Shown here piece after piece: positions 1 to 12,700 of a stretch of DNA of 64,000 bases (its first letter is position 1; every line of letters starts with the position of its first letter). The translations under genes and the position numbers were made by a program. The notes under the pieces are model-generated. The model saw only the letters and a program-made list of their open reading frames with translations. It made no database searches and was not told the DNA's origin. This stretch comes from Auanema rhodensis (lineage: Eukaryota > Animalia > Nematoda): NCBI GenBank assembly GCA_964057225.1, contig OZ059897.1, positions 806,001 to 870,000 on the forward strand, in the 5' to 3' direction.

Positions 1-119
1 CAAACAATCATAAATAATTTTTGTATTGAGCGTTTATCCATGTAGTATAGTGCCTTCGATGCGGATTTCTAAGCTGCGTCGATCTGTGTTATCAGATTTG
101 CGCTAGCTTAAAAATGCAC

Positions 120-158
120 CGAGATATCAACTGATATAAGTTCACACTTATATCCTCG
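120..158. other. Per-monomer inverted repeat A (example copy): GATATAAGT-tcac-ACTTATATC, flanked by CGAG/CTCG
   Basis: Perfect 9-bp stem at 133-141/146-154 with a 4-nt loop. Outer CGAG (120-123) and CTCG (155-158) can pair across a 9-nt bulge. Present in most monomers. Confidence 0.9.
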
Positions 159-304
159 ATTTTAACCCTGAAGAATTAATTTTTTCGTTGAAAAACATTG
201 TCCATGGTCTTCGCCTTAAAAAAAGGAAATTAGAAACATTTACTTTCTGTAAAATTATCTTGAAATTTTTCGGGATAATTTTTGTCAAAATGTTTTTGGA
301 AGCA

Positions 305-332
305 ATGTTGAGTGTACATGGAAACTCAACAT
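305..332. other. Per-monomer inverted repeat B (example copy): ATGTTGAGT-gtacatggaa-ACTCAACAT
   Basis: Perfect 9-bp stem at 305-313/324-332 with a 10-nt loop. It lies in one of the least variable parts of the monomer. Confidence 0.9.
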
Positions 333-1649
333 ACACTAATGCATCATTTTTCAAACAATCATAAATAATTTTTGTATTGAGCGTTTCTTAATGTATTATA
401 GTGCATTCGATGCGGATTTCTAAGCTGCGTCGATCTGTGTTATTAGATTTGCGCTAGCTTAAAAATGCACCGAGATATCAACTGATATAAGTTCACACTT
501 ATATCCTCGATTTTCACCCTGAAGAATTAATTTTTTCGTTGAATAAAATTGTCCATCGTCTTCGCAATAAGAAAAGGAATCTAAGAACATCTAGTTTTTG
601 TAAAATTATCTTGAAATTTTTCGGGATAATTTTTGTCAAAATGTTTTTGGAAGCAATGTTGAGTGTACATGGAAACTCAACATACACTAATGCATCATTT
701 TTCAAACAATCATAAATAATTTTTGTATTGAGCGTTTCTCAATGTGGTATAGTGCATTCGGAACAAATGTTTAAGCTGCGTCGATCTGTGTTATCAGATT
801 TGAGCTAGCTTAAAAATGCACCGAGATATCAACTGATATAAGTTCACACTTATATCCTCGATTTTCACCCTGAAGAATTAATTTTTTCGTTGAATAAAAT
901 TGTCCATCGTCTTCGCCTTGAGAAAAGGAATCTAAGAACATCTAGTTTTTGTAAAATTATCTTGAAATTTTTCGGGAAAATTTTTGTCAAAATGTTTTTG
1001 GAAGCAATGTTGAGTGTACATGGAAACTCAACATACACTAATGCATCATTTTTCAAACAATCATAAATAATTTTTGTATTGAGCGTTTCTCAATGTAATA
1101 TAGTGCATTCGATGCGGATTTTTAAGCTGCGTCGATCTGTGTTATTAGATTTGAGTTAGCTTAAAAATGCACCGAGATATCAACTGATATAAGTTCACAC
1201 TTATATCCTCGATTTTCACCCTGAAGAATTAATTTTTTCGTTGAATAAAATTGTCCATCGTCTTCGCCTTGAGAAAAGGAATCTAAGAACATCTAGTTTT
1301 TGTAAAATTATCTTGAAATTTTTCGGGAAAATTTTTGTCAAAATGTTTTTGGAAGCAATGTTGAGTGTACATGGAAACTCAACATACACTAATGCATCAT
1401 TTTTCAAACAATCATAAATAATTTTTGTATTGAGCGTTTCTCAATGTAGTATAGTGCATTCGAAACGGATTTTCAAGCTGCGTCGATCTGTGTTATCAGA
1501 TTTGCGCTAGCTTAAAAATGCACCGAGATATCAACTGATATAAGTTCACACTTATATCCTCGATTTTCACCCTGAAGAATCAATTTTTTCGTTGAATAAT
1601 ATTGTCCATCGTCTTCGCCTTGAAAAAAGGAATCTAAAAACTTCTACTC

Positions 1650-4600
1650 TTCGTTAAATTATCTTGAAATGTTTCGGGAAAATTTTTGTCAAAATGTTTT
1701 TGGAAGCAATGTTGAGTGTACATGGAAACTCAACATACACTAATGCATCATTTTTCAAACAATCATAAATAATTTTTGTATTGAGCGTTTCTCAATGTTA
1801 TATAGTGCATTCGATGCGGATTTTTAAGCTGCGTCGATCTGTGTTATTAGATTTGAGTTAGCTTAAAAATGCACCGAGATATCAACTGATATAAGTTCAC
1901 ACTTATATCCTCGATTTTCACCCTGAAGAATTAATTTTTTCGTTGAAAAACATTGTCCATGGTCTTCGCCTTAAAAAAAGGAAATTAGAAACATTTACTT
2001 TCTGTAAAATTATCTTGAAATTTTTCGGGAAAATTTTTGTCAAAATGTTTTTGGAAGCAATGTTGAGTGTACATGGAAACTCAACATACACTAATGCATC
2101 TTTTTTCAAACAATCATAAATAATTTTTGTATTGAGCGTTTCTTAATGTATTATAGTGCATTCGATGCGGATTTCTAAGCTGCGTCGATCTGTGTTATTA
2201 GATTTGCGCTAGCTTAAAAATGCACCGAGATATCAACTGATATAAGTTCACACTTATATCCTCGATTTTCACCCTGAAGAATTAATTTTTTCGTTGAATA
2301 ACATTGTCCATCGTCTTCGCCTTAAAAACAGGAATCTAAAAACATCTAGTTTTTGTAAAATTATCTTGAAATTTTTCGGGAAAATTTTTGTCAAAATGTT
2401 TTTGGAAGCAATGTTGAGTGTACATGGAAACTCAACATACACTAATGCATCTTTTTTCAAACAATCATAAATAATTGTTGTATTGAGCGTTTATCCATGT
2501 AGTATAGTGCATTCGATGCGGATTTTTAAGCTGCGTCGATCTGTGTTATCAGATGTGAGTTAGCTTAAAAATGCACCGAGATATCAACTGATATAAGTTC
2601 ACACTTATATCCTCGATTTTCACCCTGAAGAATTAATTTTTTCGTTGAATAACATTGTCCATCGTCTTCGCCTTAAAAAAAGGAATCTAAAAACATCTAC
2701 TTTTTGTAAAATTATCTTGAAATTTTTCGGGAAAATTTTTGTCAAAATGTTTTTGGAAGCAATGTTGAGTGTACATGGAAACTCAACATACACTAATGCA
2801 TCATTTTTCAAACAATCATAAATAATTTTTGTATTGAGCGTTTTTCAATGTAGTATAATGCATTCGATGCGGATTTTTAAGCTGCGTCGATCTGTGTTAT
2901 CAGATTTGAGTTAGCTTAAAATTGCACCGAGATATCAACTGATATAAGTTCACACTTATATCCTCGATTTGCACCCTGAAGAATTAATTTTTTCGTTGAA
3001 AAACATTGTCCATGGTCTTCGCCTTAAAAAAAGGAAATTAGAAACATTTACTTTCTGTAAAATTATCTTGAAATTTTTCGGGATAATTTTTGTCAAAATG
3101 TTTTTGGAAGCAATGTTGAGTGTACATGGAAACTCAACATACACTAATGCATCATTTTTCAAACAATCATAAATAATTTTTGTATTGAGCGTTTCTCAAT
3201 GTTATATAGTGCATTCGATGCGGATTTCTAAGCTGCGTCGATCTGTGTTATTAGATTTGCGCTAGCTTAAAAATGCACCGAGATATCAACTGATATAAGT
3301 TCACACTTATATCCTCGATTTTCACCCTGAAGAATTAATTTTTTCGTTGAATAACATTGTCCATCGTTTTCGCCTTGAAAAAAGGAATCTAAAAACATCT
3401 ACTTTTTGTGAAATTATCTTGAAATTTTTCGGGATAATTTTTGTCAAAATGTTTTTGGAAGCAATGTTGAGTGTACATGGAAACTCAACATACACTAATG
3501 CATCATTTTTCAAACAATCATAAATAATTTTTGTATTGAGCGTTTCTCAGTGTTATATAGTGCATTCGATGCGGCTTTCTAAGCTGCGTCGATCTGTGTT
3601 ATCAGATTTGAGTTAGCTTAAAAATGCACCGAGATATCAACTGATATAAGTTCACACTTATATCCTCGATTTTCACCCTGAAGAATTAATTTTTTCGTTG
3701 AATAAAATTGTCCATCGTCTTCGCAATAAGAAAAGGAATCTAAGAACATCTAGTTTTTGTAAAATTATCTTGAAATTTTTCGGGAAAATTTTTGTCAAAA
3801 TGTTTTTGGAAGCAATGTTGAGTGTACATGGAAACTCAACACACACTAATGCATCATTTTTCAAACAATCATAAATAATTTTTGTATTGAGCGTTTCTCA
3901 ATGTAGTATAGTGCATTCGATGCGGATTCTCAAGCTGCGTCGATCTGTGTTATCAGATTTGTGCCAGCTTAAAAATGCACCCAGATATCAACTGATATAA
4001 ATTCACACTTATATCCTCGATTTTCACCCTGAAGAATTAATTTTTTCGTTGAATAACATTGTCCATCGTCTTCGCCTTAAGAAAAGGAATCTAAAAACAT
4101 ATACTTTTCGTGAAATTATCTTGAAATTTTTCGGGAAAATTTTTGTCAAAATGTTTTTGGAAGCAATGTTGAGTGTACATGGAAACTCAACATACACTAA
4201 TGCATCATTTTTCAAACAATCATAAATAATTTTTGTATTGAGCGTTTCTCAATGTGGTATAGTGCATTCGAAACAAATGTTTAAGCTGCGTCGATCTGTG
4301 TTATCAGATTTGCGCTAGCTTAAAAATGCACCGAGATATCAATTGAAATAAGTTCACACTTATATCCTCGATTTTCACCCTGAAGAATTAATTTTTTCGT
4401 TGAATAACATTGTCCATCGTCTTCGCCTTAAGAAAAGGAATCTAAAAACTTATACTTTTTGTGAAATTATTTTGAAATTTTTCGGGAAAATTTTTGTCAA
4501 AATGTTTTTGGAAGCAATGTTGAGTGTACATGGAAACTCAACATACACTAATGCATCATTTTTCAAACAATCATAAATAATTTTTGTATTGAGCGTTTCT

Positions 4601-7600
4601 CAATGTAGTATAGTGCATTCGAAACGGATTTTTAAGCTGCGTCGATCTGTGTTATCAGATTTGCGCTAGCTTAAAAATGCACCGAGATATCAACTGATAT
4701 AAGTTCACACTTATATCCTTGATTTTCACCCTGAAGAATTAATTTTTTCGTTGATTAACATTGTCCATCGTCTTTGCCTTGAAAAAAGGAATCTAAAAAC
4801 ATCTACTTTTTGTGAAATTATTTTGAAATTTTTCGGCAAAATTTTTGTCAAAATGTTTTTGGAAGCAATGTTGAGTGTACATGGAAACTCAACATACACT
4901 AATGCATTATTTTTCAAACGATCATAACTAATTTTTGTATAGAGCGTTTCTCATTGTAGTATAGTGCATTCGATGCGGATTTTTAAGCTGCGTTGATCTG
5001 TGTTATCAGATTTGCGCTAGCTTAAAAATGAACCGAGATATCAACTGATATAAGTTCAAACTTATATCCTCGATTTTCACCCTGAAGAATTAATTTTTTC
5101 GTTGAATAACATTGTCCATCGTCTTCGCCTTGAAAAAAGAAATCTAAAAACATCTACTTTTAGTAAAATTATCTTGAAATTTTTCAGGAAAATTTTTGTC
5201 AAAATGTTTTTGGAAGCAATGTTGAGTGTACATGGAAACTCAACATACACTAATGCATAATTTTTTAAACAATCATAACTAATTTTTGTATTGAGCGTTT
5301 CTTAATGTATCATAGTGCATTCGATGCGGATTTTTAAGCTGCTTCGATCTGTGTTATCAGATTTGCGCTAGCTTAGAAATGCACCGAGATATCAACTGAT
5401 ATAAGTTCACACTGATATCCTCGATTTTCACCCTGAAGAATTAATTTTTTCGTTGAATAACATTGTCCATCGTCTTCGCCTTGAAAAAAGAAATGTAAAA
5501 ACATCTACTTTTCGTAAAATTATCTTGAAATTTTTCAGGAAAATTTTTGTCAAAATGTTTTTGGAAGCAATGTTGAGTGTACATGGAAACTCAACATACA
5601 CTAATGCATAATTTTTTAAACAATCATAACTAATTTTTGTATTGAGCGTTTCTTCATGTATTATAGTGCATTCGATGCGGATTTTTAAGCTGCGTTGATC
5701 TGTGTTATCAGATTTGAGTTAACTTAAAAATGCACCGAGATATCAACTGATATAAGTTCACACTTATATCCTCGATTTTCACCCTGAAGAATTGATTTTT
5801 TCGTTGATTAACATTGTCCATCGTCTTTGCCTTGAAAAAAGGAATCTAAAAACATCTACTTTTTGTGAAATTATTTTGAAATTTTTTGGCAAAATTTTTG
5901 TCAAAATGTTTTTGAAAGCAATGTTGAGTGTACATGGAAACTCAACATACACTAATGCAACATTTTTCAAACAATCATAAATAATTTTTGTATTGAGCGT
6001 TTCTCAATGTAGTATAGTGCATTCGAAACGGATTTTTAAGCTGCGTCGATCTGTGTTATCAGATTTGCGCTAGCTTAAAAATGCACCGAGATATCAACTG
6101 ATATAAGTTCACACTTATATCCTTGATTTTCACCCTGAAGAATTAATTTTTTCGTTGATTAACATTGTCCATCGTCTTTGCCTTGAAAAAAGGAATCTAA
6201 AAACATCTACTCTTCGTTAAATTATCTTGAAATGTTTCGGGAAAATTTTTGTCAAAATGTTTTTGGAAGCAATGTTGAGTGTACATGGAAACTCAACATA
6301 CACTAATGCATCATTTTTCAAACAATCATAAATAATTTTTGTATTGAGCGTTTCTCAATGTTATATAGTGCATTCGATGCGGATTTTTAAGCTGCGTCGA
6401 TCTGTGTTATTAGATTTGAGTTAGCTTAAAAATGCACCGAGATATCAACTGATATAAGTTCACACTTATATCCTCGATTTTCACCCTGAAGAATTAATTT
6501 TTTCGTTGAAAAACATTGTCCATGGTCTTCGCCTTAAAAAAAGGAAATTAGAAACATTTACTTTCTGTAAAATTATCTTGAAATTTTTCGGGAAAATTTT
6601 TGTCAAAATGTTTTTGGAAGCAATGTTGAGTGTACATGGAAACTCAACATACACTAATGCATCTTTTTTCAAACAATCATAAATAATTTTTGTATTGAGC
6701 GTTTCTTAATGTATTATAGTGCATTCGATGCGGATTTCTAAGCTGCGTCGATCTGTGTTATTAGATTTGCGCTAGCTTAAAAATGCACCGAGATATCAAC
6801 TGATATAAGTTCACACTTATATCCTCGATTTTCACCCTGAAGAATTAATTTTTTCGTTGAATAACATTGTCCATCGTCTTCGCCTTAAAAAAAGGAATCT
6901 AAAAACATCTAGTTTTTGTAAAATTATCTTGAAATTTTTCGGGAAAATTTTTGTCAAAATGTTTTTGGAAGCAATGTTGAGTGTACATGGAAACTCAACA
7001 TACACTAATGCATCTTTTTTCAAACAATCATAAATAATTGTTGTATTGAGCGTTTATCCATGTAGTATAGTGCATTCGATGCGGATTTTTAAGCTGCGTC
7101 GATCTGTGTTATCAGATGTGAGTTAGCTTAAAAATGCACCGAGATATCAACTGATATAAGTTCACACTTATATCCTCGATTTTCACCCTGAAGAATTAAT
7201 TTTTTCGTTGAATAACATTGTCCATCGTCTTCGCCTTAAAAAAAGGAATCTAAAAACATCTACTTTTTGTAAAATTATCTTGAAATTTTTCGGGAAAATT
7301 TTTGTCAAAATGTTTTTGGAAGCAATGTTGAGTGTACATGGAAACTCAACATACACTAATGCATCATTTTTCAAACAATCATAAATAATTTTTGTATTGA
7401 GCGTTTTTCAATGTAGTATAATGCATTCGATGCGGATTTTTAAGCTGCGTCGATCTGTGTTATCAGATTTGAGTTAGCTTAAAAATGCACCGAGATATCA
7501 ACTGATATAAGTTCACACTTATATCCTCGATTTTCACCCTGAAGAATTAATTTTTTCGTTGAAAAACATTGTCCATGGTCTTCGCCTTAAAAAAAGGAAA

Positions 7601-9720
7601 TTAGAAACATTTACTTTCTGTAAAATTATCTTGAAATTTTTCGGGATAATTTTTGTCAAAATGTTTTTGGAAGCAATGTTGAGTGTACATGGAAACTCAA
7701 CATACACTAATGCATCATTTTTCAAACAATCATAAATAATTTTTGTATTGAGCGTTTCTCAATGTTATATAGTGCATTCGATGCGGATTTCTAAGCTGCG
7801 TCGATCTGTGTTATTAGATTTGCGCTAGCTTAAAAATGCACCGAGATATCAACTGATATAAGTTCACACTTATATCCTCGATTTTCACCCTGAAGAATTA
7901 ATTTTTTCGTTGAATAACATTGTCCATCGTTTTCGCCTTGAAAAAAGGAATCTAAAAACATCTACTTTTTGTGAAATTATCTTGAAATTTTTCGGGATAA
8001 TTTTTGTCAAAATGTTTTTGGAAGCAATGTTGAGTGTACATGGAAACTCAACATACACTAATGCATCATTTTTCAAACAATCATAAATAATTTTTGTATT
8101 GAGCGTTTCTCAGTGTTATATAGTGCATTCGATGCGGCTTTCTAAGCTGCGTCGATCTGTGTTATCAGATTTGAGTTAGCTTAAAAATGCACCGAGATAT
8201 CAACTGATATAAGTTCACACTTATATCCTCGATTTTCACCCTGAAGAATTAATTTTTTCGTTGAATAAAATTGTCCATCGTCTTCGCAATAAGAAAAGGA
8301 ATCTAAAAACTTATACTTTTCGTGAAATTATTTTGAAATTTTTTGGGGAAATTTTTGTCAAAATGTTTTTGGAAGCAATGTTGAGTGTACATGGAAACTC
8401 AACATACACTAATGCATCATTTTTCAAACAATCATAAATAATTTTTGTATTGAGCGTTTCTCAATGTAGTATAGTGCATTCGAAACGGATTTTTAAGCTG
8501 CGTCGATCTGTGTTATCAGATTTGCGCTAGCTTAAAAATGCACCGAGATATCAACTGATATAAGTTCACACTTATATCCTTGATTTTCACCCTGAAGAAT
8601 TAATTTTTTCGTTGATTAACATTGTCCATCGTCTTTGCCTTGAAAAAAGGAATCTAAAAACATCTACTTTTTGTGAAATTATTTTGAAATTTTTCGGCAA
8701 AATTTTTGTCAAAATGTTTTTGGAAGCAATGTTGAGTGTACATGGAAACTCAACATACACTAATGCATTATTTTTCAAACGATCATAACTAATTTTTGTA
8801 TAGAGCGTTTCTCATTGTAGTATAGTGCATTCGATGCGGATTTTTAAGCTGCGTTGATCTGTGTTATCAGATTTGCGCTAGCTTAAAAATGAACCGAGAT
8901 ATCAACTGATATAAGTTCAAACTTATATCCTCGATTTTCACCCTGAAGAATTAATTTTTTCGTTGAATAACATTGTCCATCGTCTTCGCCTTGAAAAAAG
9001 AAATGTAAAAACATCTACTTTTCGTAAAATTATCTTGAAATTTTTCAGGAAAATTTTTGTCAAAATGTTTTTGGAAGCAATGTTGAGTGTACATGGAAAC
9101 TCAACATACACTAATGCATAATTTTTTAAACAATCATAAATAATTTTTGTATTGAGCGTTTCTTAATGTATTATAGTGCATTCGATGCGGATTTTTAAGC
9201 TGCGTTGATCTGTGTTATCAGATTTGAGTTAACTTAAAAATGCACCGAGATATCAACTGATATAAGTTCACACTTATATCCTCGATTTTCACCCTGAAGA
9301 ATTGATTTTTTCGTTGATTAACATTGTCCATCGTCTTTGCCTTGAAAAAAGGAATCTAAAAACATCTACTTTTTGTGAAATTATTTTGAAATTTTTTGGC
9401 AAAATTTTTGTCAAAATGTTTTTGAAAGCAATGTTGAGTGTACATGGAAACTCAACATACACTAATGCAACATTTTTCAAACAATCATAAATAATTTTTG
9501 TATTGAGCGTTTCTCAATGTAGTATAGTGCATTCGAAACGGATTTTTAAGCTGCGTCGATCTGTGTTATCAGATTTGCGCTAGCTTAAAAATGCACCGAG
9601 ATATCAACTGATATAAGTTCACACTTATATCCTTGATTTTCACCCTGAAGAATTAATTTTTTCGTTGATTAACATTGTCCATCGTCTTTGCCTTGAAAAA
9701 AGGAATCTAAAAACATCTAC
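1650..9720. repeat. Tandem duplication of a 13-monomer block (offset 4563 bp); second copy shortened to 10 monomers
   Basis: Monomers at 1918, 2269, 2620, 2971 and 3322 match those at 6481, 6832, 7183, 7534 and 7885 (offset 4563 = 13x351). Chimeric monomers occur at 6130, 8236 and 8938. Confidence 0.8.
4628..4678. other. Per-monomer long imperfect inverted repeat C (example copy), 51 nt
   Basis: ATTTTTAAGCT (4628-4638) pairs perfectly with AGCTTAAAAAT (4668-4678). Inner GCG/CGC and ATCTG/CAGAT pairs surround the loop TGTTAT. Confidence 0.88.
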
Positions 9721-12700
9721 TTTTTGTGAAATTATTTTGAAATTTTTTGGCAAAATTTTTGTCAAAATGTTTTTGGAAGCAATGTTGAGTGTACATGGAA
9801 ACTCAACATACACTAATGCATTATTTTTCAAACGATCATAACTAATTTTTGTATAGAGCGTTTCTCATTGTAGTATAGTGCATTCGATGCGGATTTTTAA
9901 GCTGCGTTGATCTGTGTTATCAGATTTGCGCTAGCTTAAAAATGAACCGAGATATCAACTGATATAAGTTCAAACTTATATCCTCGATTTTCACCCTGAA
10001 GAATTAATTTTTTCGTTGAATAACATTGTCCATCGTCTTCGCCTTGAAAAAAGAAATCTAAAAACATCTACTTTTAGTAAAATTATCTTGAAATTTTTCA
10101 GGAAAATTTTTGTCAAAATGTTTTTGGAAGCAATGTTGAGTGTACATGGAAACTCAACATACACTAATGCATAATTTTTTAAACAATCATAACTAATTTT
10201 TGTATTGAGCGTTTCTTAATGTATCATAGTGCATTCGATGCGGATTTTTAAGCTGCTTCGATCTGTGTTATCAGATTTGCGCTAGCTTAGAAATGCACCG
10301 AGATATCAACTGATATAAGTTCACACTGATATCCTCGATTTTCACCCTGAAGAATTAATTTTTTCGTTGAATAACATTGTCCATCGTCTTCGCCTTGAAA
10401 AAAGAAATGTAAAAACATCTACTTTTCGTAAAATTATCTTGAAATTTTTCAGGAAAATTTTTGTCAAAATGTTTTTGGAAGCAATGTTGAGTGTACATGG
10501 AAACTCAACATACACTAATGCATAATTTTTTAAACAATCATAACTAATTTTTGTATTGAGCGTTTCTTAATGTATTATAGTGCATTCGATGCGGATTTTT
10601 AAGCTGCGTTGATCTGTGTTATCAGATTTGAGTTAACTTAAAAATGCACCGAGATATCAACTGATATAAGTTCACACTTATATCCTCGATTTTCACCCTG
10701 AAGAATTGATTTTTTCGTTGATTAACATTGTCCATCGTCTTTGCCTTGAAAAAAGGAATCTAAAAACATCTACTTTTTGTGAAATTATTTTGAAATTTTT
10801 TGGCAAAATTTTTGTCAAAATGTTTTTGAAAGCAATGTTGAGTGTACATGGAAACTCAACATACACTAATGCAACATTTTTCAAACGATCATAACTAATT
10901 TTTGTATTGAGCGTTTCTTAATGTATTATAGTGCATTTGATGCGGATTTTTAAGCTGCTTCGATCTGTGTTATCAGATTTGCGCTAGCTTAGAAATGCAC
11001 CGAGATATCAACTGATATAAGTTCACACTTATATCCTCGATTTTCACCCTGAAGAATTAATTTTTTCGTTGAATAACATTGTCCATCGTCTTCGCCTTGA
11101 AAAAAGAAATGTAAAAACATCTACTTTTCGTAAAATTATCTTGAAATTTTTCAGGAAAATTTTTGTCAAAATGTTTTTGGAAGCAATGTTGAGTGTACAT
11201 GGAAACTCAACATACACTAATGCATAATTTTTTAAACAATCATAACTAATTTTTGTATTGAGCGTTTCTTAATGTATTATAGTGCATTCGATGCGGATTT
11301 TTAAGCTGCGTTGATCTGTGTTATCAGATTTGAGTTAACTTAAAAATGCACCGAGATATCAACTGATATAAGTTCAAACTTATATCCTCGATTTTCACCC
11401 TGAAGAATTAATTTTTTCGTTGATTAACATTGTCCATCGTCTTTGCCTTGAAAAAAGGAATCTAAAAACATCTACTTTTTGTGAAATTATTTTGAAATTT
11501 TTTGGCAAAATTTTTGTCAAAATGTTTTTGGAAGCAATGTTGAGTGTACATGGAAACTCAACATACACTAATGCATTATTTTTCAAACGATCATAACTAA
11601 TTTTTGTATAGAGCGTTTCTCATTGTAGTATAGTGCATTCGATGCGGATTTTTAAGCTGCGTTGATCTGTGTTATCAGATTTGCGCTAGCTTAAAAATGA
11701 ACCGAGATATCAACTGATATAAGTTCAAACTTATATCCTCGATTTTCACCCTGAAGAATTAATTTTTTCGTTGAATAACATTGTCCATCGTCTTCGCCTT
11801 GAAAAAAGAAATCTAAAAACATCTACTTTTAGTAAAATTATCTTGAAATTTTTCAGGAAAATTTTTGTCAAAATGTTTTTGGAAGCAATGTTGAGTGTAC
11901 ATGGAAACTCAACATACACTAATGCATAATTTTTTAAACAATCATAACTAATTTTTGTATTGAGCGTTTCTTAATGTATCATAGTGCATTCGATGCGGAT
12001 TTTTAAGCTGCTTCGATCTGTGTTATCAGATTTGCGCTAGCTTAGAAATGCACCGAGATATCAACTGATATAAGTTCACACTGATATCCTCGATTTTCAC
12101 CCTGAAGAATTAATTTTTTCGTTGAATAACATTGTCCATCGTCTTCGCCTTGAAAAAAGAAATGTAAAAACATCTACTTTTCGTAAAATTATCTTGAAAT
12201 TTTTCAGGAAAATTTTTGTCAAAATGTTTTTGGAAGCAATGTTGAGTGTACATGGAAACTCAACATACACTAATGCATAATTTTTTAAACAATCATAACT
12301 AATTTTTGTATTGAGCGTTTCTTAATGTATTATAGTGCATTCGATGCGGATTTTTAAGCTGCGTTGATCTGTGTTATCAGATTTGAGTTAACTTAAAAAT
12401 GCACCGAGATATCAACTGATATAAGTTCACACTTATATCCTCGATTTTCACCCTGAAGAATTGATTTTTTCGTTGATTAACATTGTCCATCGTCTTTGCC
12501 TTGAAAAAAGGAATCTAAAAACATCTACTTTTTGTGAAATTATTTTGAAATTTTTTGGCAAAATTTTTGTCAAAATGTTTTTGAAAGCAATGTTGAGTGT
12601 ACATGGAAACTCAACATACACTAATGCAACATTTTTCAAACGATCATAACTAATTTTTGTATTGAGCGTTTCTTAATGTATTATAGTGCATTTGATGCGG

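Larger units (their letters stand above)
1..8500. repeat. Left-hand, more divergent monomer subfamily
   Basis: Alleles CATAAATAAT, GGAAATTAGAAACATTTACTTTCTG, CGGGATAAT, CATGGTC, TTATTAGAT and CGCAATAAG occur here and are absent after about 9.5 kb. Confidence 0.85.

Noticed and set aside
120-166. Rho-independent terminator (hairpin followed by T tract)
   Set aside because: The stem is AT-rich, no upstream gene exists, and the context is a eukaryote-type satellite.
1-351. Identification as Drosophila 359-bp (1.688), Tribolium TCAST, or another named satellite; CENP-B box
   Set aside because: Only length and AT-richness are similar. I cannot support sequence identity, and I see no complete CENP-B box consensus.
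514-720. Satellite-encoded hammerhead ribozyme (CTGAAGA matches CUGANGA; GAAACTCAACAT pairs with ATGTTGAGT like a stem III)
   Set aside because: Stems I and II cannot be formed next to the core motifs, even across adjacent monomers, and the cleavage-site base would be G. The minus strand has only CTGATAA. An Infernal search with Rfam hammerhead models would be the final test.
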